DNA of 39,512 nucleotides from an uncultured Deinococcales bacterium (GTDB lineage: Bacteria > Deinococcota > Deinococci > Deinococcales > JAAFIG01): contig CAXTKV010000010.1 in assembly GCA_964244895.1 (NCBI GenBank), positions 12,053 through 51,564 of the forward strand. The letters are read 5' to 3'. Positions within the stretch are counted from its first letter, which is position 1, and each line of letters starts with the position of its first letter. A model generated the notes under the pieces. The model searched no databases, had not been told where the DNA came from, and worked only from the letters and a program-made list of their open reading frames with translations. The position numbers and the translations under genes were made by a program. Of this stretch, positions 17,933-25,556 are shown piece after piece.

Positions 17933-18438
17933 AGGATCGCCTTGATGCCGCGCTCGAGGTCATCTTGCAAGAGCTGCCCCTTGTGCCGCTCGAGAATCTG
18001 CCCGGCGCGGTTGATGAAATACGTTTCCGGCACACCCACCAGCCCGTAAGCCACCGACGCGCGCGATTGATCGTCGTCCAAGAGCATCGGGAAGCCCAGA
18101 CCGTACTGGTCGCGGAATTTTTTGGCATCGGCGGGCTTGTCGTTGTACGCGATCCCCAAAAACATCACGCCTTTGGGGCCGTAGGTCAGCACGGCCTGGC
18201 GCAGCAACGGCGCCTCGTACTTGCAGGGTTCGCACCACGAGGCGAAGAAATTGACGATCACCGGACGGCCTTTGAACTGCGCCAGGTCGATCTTGCCGCC
18301 GTCGATATTTTCCAGCGTAAACGTTGGCGCGACCTGCCCGACGATCGGGTCGTTGCCCTCTCGCGGGCGCAGCAGTCCTACGGCCAGCAGCGCAATCAGC
18401 GCGACGGCAATGACAGGGCCGATAAAGCGTCGAATCAT
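17929..18438 (-). CDS. ccmG: TlpA/CcmG thiol-disulfide oxidoreductase
   Basis: TM anchor, VNFFASWCEPC..EAP, YG..GVPETYFI; located in the ccm operon. Confidence 0.88.
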   Translation of the reverse strand: MIRRFIGPVIAVALIALLAVGLLRPREGNDPIVGQVAPTFTLENIDGGKIDLAQFKGRPVIVNFFASWCEPCKYEAPLLRQAVLTYGPKGVMFLGIAYNDKPADAKKFRDQYGLGFPMLLDDDQSRASVAYGLVGVPETYFINRAGQILERHKGQLLQDDLERGIKAIL

Positions 18439-18460
18439 GGGGTCAGGGTACTCCGTGGGT

Positions 18461-18481
18461 GGTCAGAGGTCAGGGGTCAGA
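18461..18481 (+). repeat. heptamer tandem repeat GGTCAG(A/G) x3
   Basis: ggtcaga ggtcagg ggtcaga; an inverted copy (cctctgacc) lies near 18647. Confidence 0.7.
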
Positions 18482-18539
18482 AGTCCAATGGGCAGAAGGC
18501 GGGGGTCTATCGCGCGGGCCGAGCGCTCGAGGGTTCTGG

Positions 18540-18600
18540 GAAGACCGTCTGAGACGGTGTTTTCTGAACTTCACGAATAGCGTTCTGCACGGTGTTTTCT
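18540..18600. repeat. repeat family A, copy 14
   Basis: gaagaccgtctgagacggtgtttt ... gaatagcgttctgcacggtgttttct, then CTCGAG. Confidence 0.8.
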
Positions 18601-18656
18601 CGAGAGAAGGCAGGGCGTTAGGCCGCACGAGACGCCTCCGGCTTCCCCTCTGACCG

Positions 18657-20639
18657 CTAATCGCTGGCTGCCGCGCTCGAGGGTGCGCGTTTGGAAACGC
18701 GAGATTCCAGAACTACGGCGGGAATCAGCGTCAACGCTGCACCGATCACGACGATCAGCCCACCGAACCAGATCCACGACACCAACGGCGAGTTGATGAA
18801 CTTGATGACGGCGTTCTGCTTGTCGTCGGCCTGCACCAGCACGGTGTAGAAGTCGCCCAGCAGGGTGTACTGGATGGCGGGCGTGGCGACCGCCTCGCGC
18901 TGGTTGCCGTAGTAGTTCAATCGCGGGTAGTGTTCACCGCCGTCCAACGTCAGGTGGGCCGCGACGATCTCGCGTTGGGGTTCTTTGGTGCCGACCATGC
19001 CGAGGTAACGCACGTCGTGACCCTGCACGCGCTGGGTCTGGCCGGGCTTGAATGAAAGCTGCTGTTCGGACTTGTACGCGCCGCTGAAGCTGATGCCCAA
19101 CGCGATCACCACGATCCCCAGATGCGAAATGTACGCGCCGTAGCGTCTGGGGAACGCGTTCAGCAGATCGCCCAGCGCCACCAGGCTCGAGAATGCGCCT
19201 TTCTTGCCGGTCTCGCGCGCCCGGATGCGGGCCGCCCTGGAGGTCAGCGTCCACAGCACGGACACATTGAACGCGGCGATCATCGAGGTCGCCGCAACCG
19301 TCCAGACGCGCACGCCGAGCACCACCGCGACCGCAGCCGCGATCACCGCCAGGATCAGCGGCCAGCGCAGCGTGTCCCGCAGGGCCTGACCCTCGATGCG
19401 CCGCCACGTCAGGGCTGGCCCCAAGCCCATCAGCGCGATGATCGCCAGCCCGAGCGGTTCGCCGACTTGGTTGAAGAAGGGCGCGCCGACCGATGATTTC
19501 GCGCCCGATACAGCCTGAACGAAGACCGGAAAAAGCGTGCCCAGCACGACCGTGAACGCGAAGCTCGAGAACAAGAGGTTCCCCGCCAGGAAAGCGCCCT
19601 CGCGCGAGACGGGGCTGTCCAGCGCGTGATCGTCGCGGATGAGCGGCAAACGCCAGTACGCGATCCCCAGCGAACCCAGCAGCACGGCGGACAGGAACAC
19701 CAAAAACACCGGGCCGATGGGGCCGGACGCGAAGGCGTGAACGGATTCCACGATGCCGGAACGCGTTAAAAACGTGCCCAACAGCGTGCTGGAAAAGGCC
19801 GCGATGATCAACCCGATGTTCCAGCCCTTGAGGATTCGCCTGCGCTCCTGAATCTGAAGGCTGTGAATGTACGCGGTCGCCAGGAACCACGGCACGATGC
19901 TGGCGTTCTCGACGGGATCCCAGGCCCAGTAGCCGCCCCAGCCCAGCACCTCGTAGCTCCACCAGCCGCCCGCGATCACCGCCGCCGACAGGAATCCCCA
20001 GGCCACGATGCTCCACCGGCGCGTCTGCGCCAGCCAGGCCTCGCCCAACCGACCCGTCAAGAGCGCAGCGATGGCGTACGCAAAGGGAACCGTCAAGCCG
20101 ACGAAACCCAGGTACATCAACAAGGGGTGAACCGCCATCATCCAGTGGTTCTGCAATAAAGCGTTCGGGCCGTTGCCGTCCTCTGGCGGGACGGGCACGC
20201 CGATGAATGGGCTGCCGACGCTGGCGTTGATCATCAAGAAGACCATCAGCACCGCGTAGAGCGTCGCCAGCGCGTAAGGCCGGAGCGCGTCGTCCCTGGC
20301 GACCCGCGAAACGACGAAGGTGTACATGGAAAGAATCCAGGCCCACAAGAGGATGCTGCCCTCCAGCGCGCCCCACAAGCTCACGAACTTGACCCACGTC
20401 GGCGACGTGCTGGCCGAGTGGTTGGCGACGTAGCGGAAGCTCGTGTCGTTGGTCAGGAGTGCGACCAGCAACACGATCATGGACAGGCTCGAGAAGGCGA
20501 ACACCGGCAGGGCCGCGCGTCGTCCAATCTCTGCGAAGCGCGCGTCCCGCCTAGAGCCGCCCAAGCCGCTCGTGACCAGACCCCAGACGCAGAACACCAG
20601 CGCAATCAGAATCGCGTACTCGCCCAGGTTGGCGTTCAC
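18657..20639 (-). CDS. ccmF: heme lyase CcmF
   Basis: WGALEGSILLW, N.LLQN..M..HP, WWSYEVLGWGGYWAWDPVENAS..PW, GTFLTRSG...SVHAFA, AHLG-like SHLG. Confidence 0.97.
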   Translation of the reverse strand: MNANLGEYAILIALVFCVWGLVTSGLGGSRRDARFAEIGRRAALPVFAFSSLSMIVLLVALLTNDTSFRYVANHSASTSPTWVKFVSLWGALEGSILLWAWILSMYTFVVSRVARDDALRPYALATLYAVLMVFLMINASVGSPFIGVPVPPEDGNGPNALLQNHWMMAVHPLLMYLGFVGLTVPFAYAIAALLTGRLGEAWLAQTRRWSIVAWGFLSAAVIAGGWWSYEVLGWGGYWAWDPVENASIVPWFLATAYIHSLQIQERRRILKGWNIGLIIAAFSSTLLGTFLTRSGIVESVHAFASGPIGPVFLVFLSAVLLGSLGIAYWRLPLIRDDHALDSPVSREGAFLAGNLLFSSFAFTVVLGTLFPVFVQAVSGAKSSVGAPFFNQVGEPLGLAIIALMGLGPALTWRRIEGQALRDTLRWPLILAVIAAAVAVVLGVRVWTVAATSMIAAFNVSVLWTLTSRAARIRARETGKKGAFSSLVALGDLLNAFPRRYGAYISHLGIVVIALGISFSGAYKSEQQLSFKPGQTQRVQGHDVRYLGMVGTKEPQREIVAAHLTLDGGEHYPRLNYYGNQREAVATPAIQYTLLGDFYTVLVQADDKQNAVIKFINSPLVSWIWFGGLIVVIGAALTLIPAVVLESRVSKRAPSSAAASD

Positions 20640-20899
20640 GACGACCCCCAGGCTCGAGCAATCTCGAGCCCTCCCCTATGTGGGTTGGTGTACAGCGACC
20701 CTTCCGTCTCTCGCATCCCAAAAGCTGATGTTCGAGCCACCTCCCCTACCTGATGGCAGAGGAAGACAAATGTCAGAACACCGTCTGGCACACGAATCAA
20801 AGAATACGTGCTGGAGCGCGAGTAGCCCGTGAGGTGATGTCTGTTGATCAAGAACGGTCTTCCTCTGACCTCTGACCTCTGACTTCTGACCGCTTTCAT
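20636..20899 (-). CDS. putative 87-aa bridging mini-ORF coupling ccmE to ccmF
   Basis: ATG 20899 overlaps the ccmE TGA (ATGA); its TGA 20636-20638 overlaps the ccmF GTG. Made of heptamer and family A repeats; no recognisable domain. Confidence 0.4.
   Translation of the reverse strand: MKAVRSQRSEVRGRPFLINRHHLTGYSRSSTYSLIRVPDGVLTFVFLCHQVGEVARTSAFGMRETEGSLYTNPHRGGLEIARAWGSS
20775..20815. repeat. repeat family A, copy 15 (right arm decayed)
   Basis: agaacaccgtctggcacacg ... cgtgctgga. Confidence 0.65.
20864..20891 (-). repeat. heptamer tandem repeat TCTGAC(C/T) x4 (GGTCAGA on the minus strand)
   Basis: tctgacc tctgacc tctgact tctgacc. Confidence 0.8.
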
Positions 20900-21369
20900 C
20901 TGGCGTCCTGGATGGCTTTCTGGTAGTCATAACCGGACTGGCCGGGCTTGGGCGCGCTGTACTCTTCACTGTGCTTGACCAGCAGTTGCGTGCCCTCGAA
21001 CACGGCGCTCTGGCCGGAACCCTGGAACTTGCCTTCGACGGTCACACCCATGCCCTCTTTGAACAAGTCCGGCGGCGTGCCGCTGTGCTTGACGGGGAAT
21101 TTGACGGTTCCGTCAGAAATCACGAACGAGAGTTCCAGGTTGGTGCGATCGAACTTGACGGAACCGGGTTCGACCACGCCGCCCAATCGCACGGTGCGGC
21201 CCGCGTACTTGGCTTCGTCCTGGAGGTACTCGGATGGGGTGATGAAAAACGTCAGGTTCTGCTGGATGCTCGAGGTGAAGATGTAAACGATGGCGGCGAC
21301 GATCACCAGACCGCCGACGAGGTACTTGATCGCACCCCTGGATCGCGGGCTTGAACTCACGTTCGTCAT
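20896..21369 (-). CDS. ccmE: heme chaperone CcmE
   Basis: FFITPSE, VRLGG.V..GS, PDLFKEG.GV..EG, LLVKHSEEY (HxxxY). ATG overlaps the ccmD stop. Confidence 0.95.
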   Translation of the reverse strand: MTNVSSSPRSRGAIKYLVGGLVIVAAIVYIFTSSIQQNLTFFITPSEYLQDEAKYAGRTVRLGGVVEPGSVKFDRTNLELSFVISDGTVKFPVKHSGTPPDLFKEGMGVTVEGKFQGSGQSAVFEGTQLLVKHSEEYSAPKPGQSGYDYQKAIQDAR

Positions 21370-21506
21370 TCGTTGTCCTTGAGTTTGCGCGCCAGCCGCC
21401 ACAAATACGTCAGGTACCCGCCGAAAATCACGGTGGCGGCGGCGTACACGATCCACACGAAGCTGTCCCAGCGGTGAATATCGGACGGTGGCAAGCCATT
21501 TTGCAT
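21366..21506 (-). CDS. ccmD: heme exporter protein CcmD (46 aa, below the ORF-track cut-off)
   Basis: MQNGLPPSDIHRWDSFVWIVYAAATVIFGGYLTYLWRLARKLKDNE: FVWxxY, one TM, basic tail. TGATG overlap with ccmC and ATGA overlap with ccmE. Confidence 0.85.
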   Translation of the reverse strand: MQNGLPPSDIHRWDSFVWIVYAAATVIFGGYLTYLWRLARKLKDNE

Positions 21507-22279
21507 CAGCGCACCGCCTGGGTTCTGGTCTGGGTTGGCGCGGGGTTGTGAGCGTTCAGTTCCATCTCGAGTTCGCGTTCCTCAGATTCAAATTGCACGC
21601 GAGCGATCTGGGCGCGCAGGCGAAGCATGTAGAAAAACAACAGCGTCACCCCGGCGAACATCACGAAAAACGCGGCCTGAAGTCCGGGGTTGCCGCTCAA
21701 ATAGGAATGCTTTTCGGCGATGCTGAAGGTCGGCGTCTGGTGCAGGGTGCGCCACCAGTAGACGCTCATGTAGTTGATCGGCACACCGACGGACGCGACC
21801 ACGCCGATCACCGCGCAAACCCTGGCGCGGCGGGCCGGGTCATCTATCAAGCCGCGCACCATCAAGTACCCGATGTACACGGCGAACATCAGCGCGGTCG
21901 TGGTCAGGCGCGCATCCCACGTCCAGAACGTGCCCCAGGTCGGGCGGCCCCACAGCGCGCCGGAAAAAAGCGTGAAGGCGATAAACACCAGCCCGATCTC
22001 GACGCTGGAAAACGCGACCCGATCCCAGTGGTTGCGGCGCGTGATCAGGTACGCCAGGCTGCTGGCCGCCGTCACGAAGAACGCCAGGTACGCGATCCAG
22101 GCGGATTGCGCGTGGATCGGCAGGATGCGCGACAGGTAGCCTTGCAGCACATCCGGCGGCGCGAGGAAGGTCAGCACCACCCCGACCGCGATCAGCGCGG
22201 CGCTCAAGTAGCCCAGAACGGGCGTGATCCAGCGCGCGTCGAAAAGTGCGGTGGCGCGTCCAGTGGGGTTTTGAATCAT
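21506..22279 (-). CDS. ccmC: heme exporter CcmC
   Basis: IH...AW, SGALWGRPTWGTFWTWDARLTT (WWD domain), SVYWWRTLHQ. GGAGG SD. Confidence 0.96.
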   Translation of the reverse strand: MIQNPTGRATALFDARWITPVLGYLSAALIAVGVVLTFLAPPDVLQGYLSRILPIHAQSAWIAYLAFFVTAASSLAYLITRRNHWDRVAFSSVEIGLVFIAFTLFSGALWGRPTWGTFWTWDARLTTTALMFAVYIGYLMVRGLIDDPARRARVCAVIGVVASVGVPINYMSVYWWRTLHQTPTFSIAEKHSYLSGNPGLQAAFFVMFAGVTLLFFYMLRLRAQIARVQFESEERELEMELNAHNPAPTQTRTQAVR

Positions 22280-22413
22280 CGGAGCCTCCGGGATGTTCGT
22301 GGTCGCGTCAAAATCTGGGGGAACTCGAGCAGAATAGCTCAGGGATTGGGGCCATTCTCGGTCAATTGGGTGAACTGAATGTTACGACTTGTGTTGCGGG
22401 TTCGATTCGGGGC

Positions 22414-23148
22414 TCAGTTCTCGACCGCGAACGGAAACGCCAGGGTACACACCACCAGATAAATCGCGTCGAAGCCCACCAGCAATCTTAGCCACGCGGC
22501 CACGTCCAATGAAGGGCCATCCGTCACGATCAAGCCCGTGGCCTTGATCGTGGCCAGCACGACCGGTACGACGATCGGGAAGATCAGCACCGGCAGCATC
22601 GATTCTCGGGCGCGCAAGTTGACCGTGATGGCCGAATGAAAGACCGTGATGATCGAAAACCCGAGCGCACCCAGCACCAGCGTTCCGGCGAATTCCAGGT
22701 AGCGCCCGTGCAGATCCAGCCCGAAGATCAGCATCACCAGCGGCGCGATCAGCGTAGTCAGGGTCAGCATCAGCACGAAGTTACCCAACAATTTGCCCAG
22801 GTACACGACCTCGTGCGGCACGGGGTACAGCAAAAGCGCCTCGAGCGCCCCGTCTTCGGCTTCGGCGGCAAAGGCGCGCCCTGCCGCGAGCACGCTGGCG
22901 AACGCGATGGCAATCCACAGCACGCCCGGCGCGACCGATTGTCCCACGATCCGCCTGTCCGGGTCGGAGAACGCCAACCCCATGATCAGCACCACGATCC
23001 CCGCAAAAAACAGGGTCGCCGTCAGCACGTCCCTGGCGCGTCCCTCGATGCGCCAGTCCTTGCGCGCAATCGTCCAGACGGCGTTCAGGGCGTTGGCGCG
23101 CCGGCTCGGGGTGGCTCGGGTTTCGGATTGCCCTCGCTCGAGCCTCAC
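22414..23148 (-). CDS. ccmB: heme exporter CcmB
   Basis: IARKDWRIE.R, APGVLW, F..EAEDGALE.L, YLGK, RES.LP.L.FP..VP. Confidence 0.93.
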   Translation of the reverse strand: MRLERGQSETRATPSRRANALNAVWTIARKDWRIEGRARDVLTATLFFAGIVVLIMGLAFSDPDRRIVGQSVAPGVLWIAIAFASVLAAGRAFAAEAEDGALEALLLYPVPHEVVYLGKLLGNFVLMLTLTTLIAPLVMLIFGLDLHGRYLEFAGTLVLGALGFSIITVFHSAITVNLRARESMLPVLIFPIVVPVVLATIKATGLIVTDGPSLDVAAWLRLLVGFDAIYLVVCTLAFPFAVEN

Positions 23149-23222
23149 GTGAGAACACCGTCCAGCACAACGTTTATGAATTTGCGTCCCGGACGGTGTT
23201 CCAGGGCCATCAACGTCTTCAC
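23145..23222 (-). CDS. putative 25-aa bridging mini-ORF coupling ccmA to ccmB
   Basis: GTG 23222 overlaps the ccmA TGA; reads MKTLMALEHRPGRKFINVVLDGVLT; its TGA 23145-23147 overlaps the ccmB GTG. Confidence 0.4.
   Translation of the reverse strand: MKTLMALEHRPGRKFINVVLDGVLT
23151..23201. repeat. repeat family A, copy 16
   Basis: gagaacaccgtccagcacaa ... ttgcgtcccggacggtgttc. Confidence 0.88.
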
Positions 23223-23887
23223 GACGCCATCCCTGCGAAGCTCGAGGGCGTAGGGACAGTCAGCAAGCCATCTTCCAAAGTGACTTCCAACGTGGCGAGC
23301 TGCGCGGTGCGCTCGGGTTCGTGGCTGGAGACGATCAAGGTGGTTCCTTTTGCCCGCTCAGCCCGCAAGATCTCTTCGACCAGGTTCTTCCCAGCCGGGT
23401 CGAGCGCCGCGAAGGGCTCGTCCAACAAGACCAGTTCCGGCTCCAGCAGCAGGACTTTCGCCAGCGCCAGGCGTTTTCGCATTCCGCTGGAGTATCCGCG
23501 CACGCGCGTCCTGACGCCGCCCAGACCCACGCGCTCGAGCGCCACCTCGAGCCCGGTTCGGGGCAGGCTGCGACCGTGCATTGAAAGGCTGAACTCCAGA
23601 TTTTCCAGACCGTCCAGGTCGGGGTACAAACCCAGCGCGTGCGAGACGATCAGGGTGCGCGAACGGATGGATTCGCGTTCCTTCAAGGGCAGGCCCAGCA
23701 CCGTACCGCCGCCCCGCGTGGGGGTCAGCGCCGTAGAAATAATTCGCAGTAAGGTGGTTTTACCCGCGCCGTTCGCGCCGTACAACGCCAGCACCTGCCC
23801 GCGTTCGAGCCGCAAACTCGCGCCGCGCAGCACGTAAGACCGCCCGTACCGATGGACGAGTCCGGCGAGTTCGAGCGCGAGCGTCAT
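23219..23887 (-). CDS. ccmA: heme ABC exporter ATPase CcmA
   Basis: Walker A GANGAGKT, signature YSSGMRKRL, Walker B LLDEP, H-loop SSH. TAGACT-N6-ATG. Confidence 0.93.
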   Translation of the reverse strand: MTLALELAGLVHRYGRSYVLRGASLRLERGQVLALYGANGAGKTTLLRIISTALTPTRGGGTVLGLPLKERESIRSRTLIVSHALGLYPDLDGLENLEFSLSMHGRSLPRTGLEVALERVGLGGVRTRVRGYSSGMRKRLALAKVLLLEPELVLLDEPFAALDPAGKNLVEEILRAERAKGTTLIVSSHEPERTAQLATLEVTLEDGLLTVPTPSSFAGMAS

Positions 23888-23932
23888 CGGGTCAGTCTAC
23901 AGCGCGCCCGTTCGCCCCCTCGAGAGTCAAAT

Positions 23933-24254
23933 GCACCGTTCCAGACGAGAGAAGCACAGGGCAGCTCAAGATTCGAGGGTTCCTGAGGCGCAAATCTCGA
24001 GCCGAGCATCGAATCCCGTAAGGGTGGGTCTGCGATCCACCCTCGCCCAGGACGTACTCGACGATTTCGCGTCCCGGCGAGGGCGAAGCCTGCTTCGCTC
24101 CTACAAAAATAGGAATCGGGATTCTCGAGAACACCGTCCAGGACGCATCTCGAGACCACCATTCCAGACGAGAGGGCGAAGCATGCTTCACCCCTACGGA
24201 ACACCATCCTGCGCGCAGATTCTCGATGGGCGAGAACATTGTCCAGAACGATCT
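23933..24254. repeat. mosaic (BIME/REPIN-like) cluster of three GTAG-type REPs and several family A arms (copy 17)
   Basis: REPs at 24018-24042 (+, GTAAGGGTGGGTCtgcGATCCACCC), 24081-24104 (-, GTAGGAGCGAAGCAGGCTTCGCCC) and 24174-24197 (-, GTAGGGGTGAAGCATGCTTCGCCC). Family A arms near 23934, 24127, 24157, 24199 and 24232. Confidence 0.85.
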
Positions 24255-25031
24255 TTACTTGAGGTTGTTCTCGAAGTTCTGCAACCAGGCGGGCGTCAAA
24301 CCCTGCAACTGCGCGTTCAGCACCGTGAACTGATCGGTCAAGAGCAGCACGCCGACCGCGATCAGCACGACGCCGCTGATCTTCTCCACCAGGTTAACCC
24401 AGCGCGCCACGCGGCGAAATCCGGCGCTGATGCGGTCCCACGCCAGAGCCGCCAGTAGGAACGGAACCGCCAGCCCAGCCGCGTACACGGCCAGCAAGCC
24501 CACGCCCGTGCCGATATTCGCGCTCGAGGCCGCGATGCCCAGAATCGTGCCCAGGATCGGGCCGATGCACGGCGTCCAGCCCGCCGCGAAGGCCGCCCCC
24601 AACGCCACCAGCCCGAAGCGGCTGGCGTTGCCCAGGTCGGTGCGGTACTCGCGGTTCAGGAACGGAATGCGTTCCTTGACCAGCAAGATCGCGCCAAACA
24701 CCAGGATCAGCGCCCCGCCGATCTGCGCCAGCAGGGTCTTATTGGCCAGCAGCACCGATCCCAGCGCGCTCGCGCCTGCACCGAAGCTGATGAACACCAG
24801 GCTGAACCCCAGGATGAACAACAAAGCCCCACCGACGGGTTTCTGGCCGGTTCCGCCGCCCAGCACGGCCAGGTAACTGGGCACGAGCGGCAGCACGCAG
24901 GGCGACAAAAAAGACAGCACGCCCGCCAGGAACGCGGCCAGCACGCCGACGCCGGGCGTACCCGCGCTTTGCGCCAGGGCGGTGCTCGAGAGCGCGAAGG
25001 TCAGGACAATCAGGGGGACGCGGAGCTTCAT
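24255..25031 (-). CDS. ccdA: cytochrome c biogenesis thiol-disulfide transporter CcdA
   Basis: AFLAG.LSFLSPCVLPLVP and GWTPCIGPILG; YAAGLAVPFL. Confidence 0.93.
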   Translation of the reverse strand: MKLRVPLIVLTFALSSTALAQSAGTPGVGVLAAFLAGVLSFLSPCVLPLVPSYLAVLGGGTGQKPVGGALLFILGFSLVFISFGAGASALGSVLLANKTLLAQIGGALILVFGAILLVKERIPFLNREYRTDLGNASRFGLVALGAAFAAGWTPCIGPILGTILGIAASSANIGTGVGLLAVYAAGLAVPFLLAALAWDRISAGFRRVARWVNLVEKISGVVLIAVGVLLLTDQFTVLNAQLQGLTPAWLQNFENNLK

Positions 25032-25040
25032 TGATTGAGT

Positions 25041-25556
25041 TTACGGGCGCGAGCCCAAAAGGTTCAGCGACTTTCGCACCTGTTCGACGCTCAGCGCACC
25101 CTCGAGCGCGTCGCGGATGCGGTCGTCGGCGTCCACCAGCACGGTCGTGGGGTACGAGCGCAATTTCAGGTTTCTGGAAAGTTGCAGGGCTTTCGGGCCG
25201 TCCAGGACGCGCAATCGGTCTTTGGGGATGGTTCCGGGAGCGGAAATGCCGACGTTGCCCGCCTCGACGGGGTTGACAGCGATCACGCCGACGCCGGATT
25301 CGCGCAGGGACGCCCAGTGGCGTTCCATTTCTTGGGGTTCCAGGCACGAACGCGTGTAGAACGCGATAAAGTATGCGCCCGCCAAGTCCTGGCGCGTTTC
25401 GGGTGGGACGGGTTCACCCAGCGGAACCCTGGCCAGCGTGATGCTCGAGGCGAGCGCGATGGCGCACAGCGCTCGAGCCACAAGCCCGAAATTTGACGAG
25501 AACACTGTCCTGGACGGCGTTCTCAAGATACGTGGCGGATGGTGCTCTTGGTTCAC
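25041..25556 (-). CDS. exported thioredoxin-fold (redoxin-like) protein with a single active-site Cys
   Basis: FIAFYTRSCLEP where CxxC is expected, VIAVN, YPTTVLVD..DRIR...G. GTG start overlaps the PBP TGA. Confidence 0.65.
   Translation of the reverse strand: MNQEHHPPRILRTPSRTVFSSNFGLVARALCAIALASSITLARVPLGEPVPPETRQDLAGAYFIAFYTRSCLEPQEMERHWASLRESGVGVIAVNPVEAGNVGISAPGTIPKDRLRVLDGPKALQLSRNLKLRSYPTTVLVDADDRIRDALEGALSVEQVRKSLNLLGSRP
25498..25524. repeat. repeat family A, copy 18 (single palindromic unit in probable coding N-terminus)
   Basis: gagaacactgtcctggacggcgttctc; reads RTPSRTVFS in the redoxin frame. Confidence 0.8.

Noticed and set aside
18439..18656. ccmF-ccmG gap as another bridging ORF
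   Set aside because: ccmF ends in TAG with no overlapping start, and the internal GTG-started frame stops about 30 nt before ccmG. It is a counter-example.
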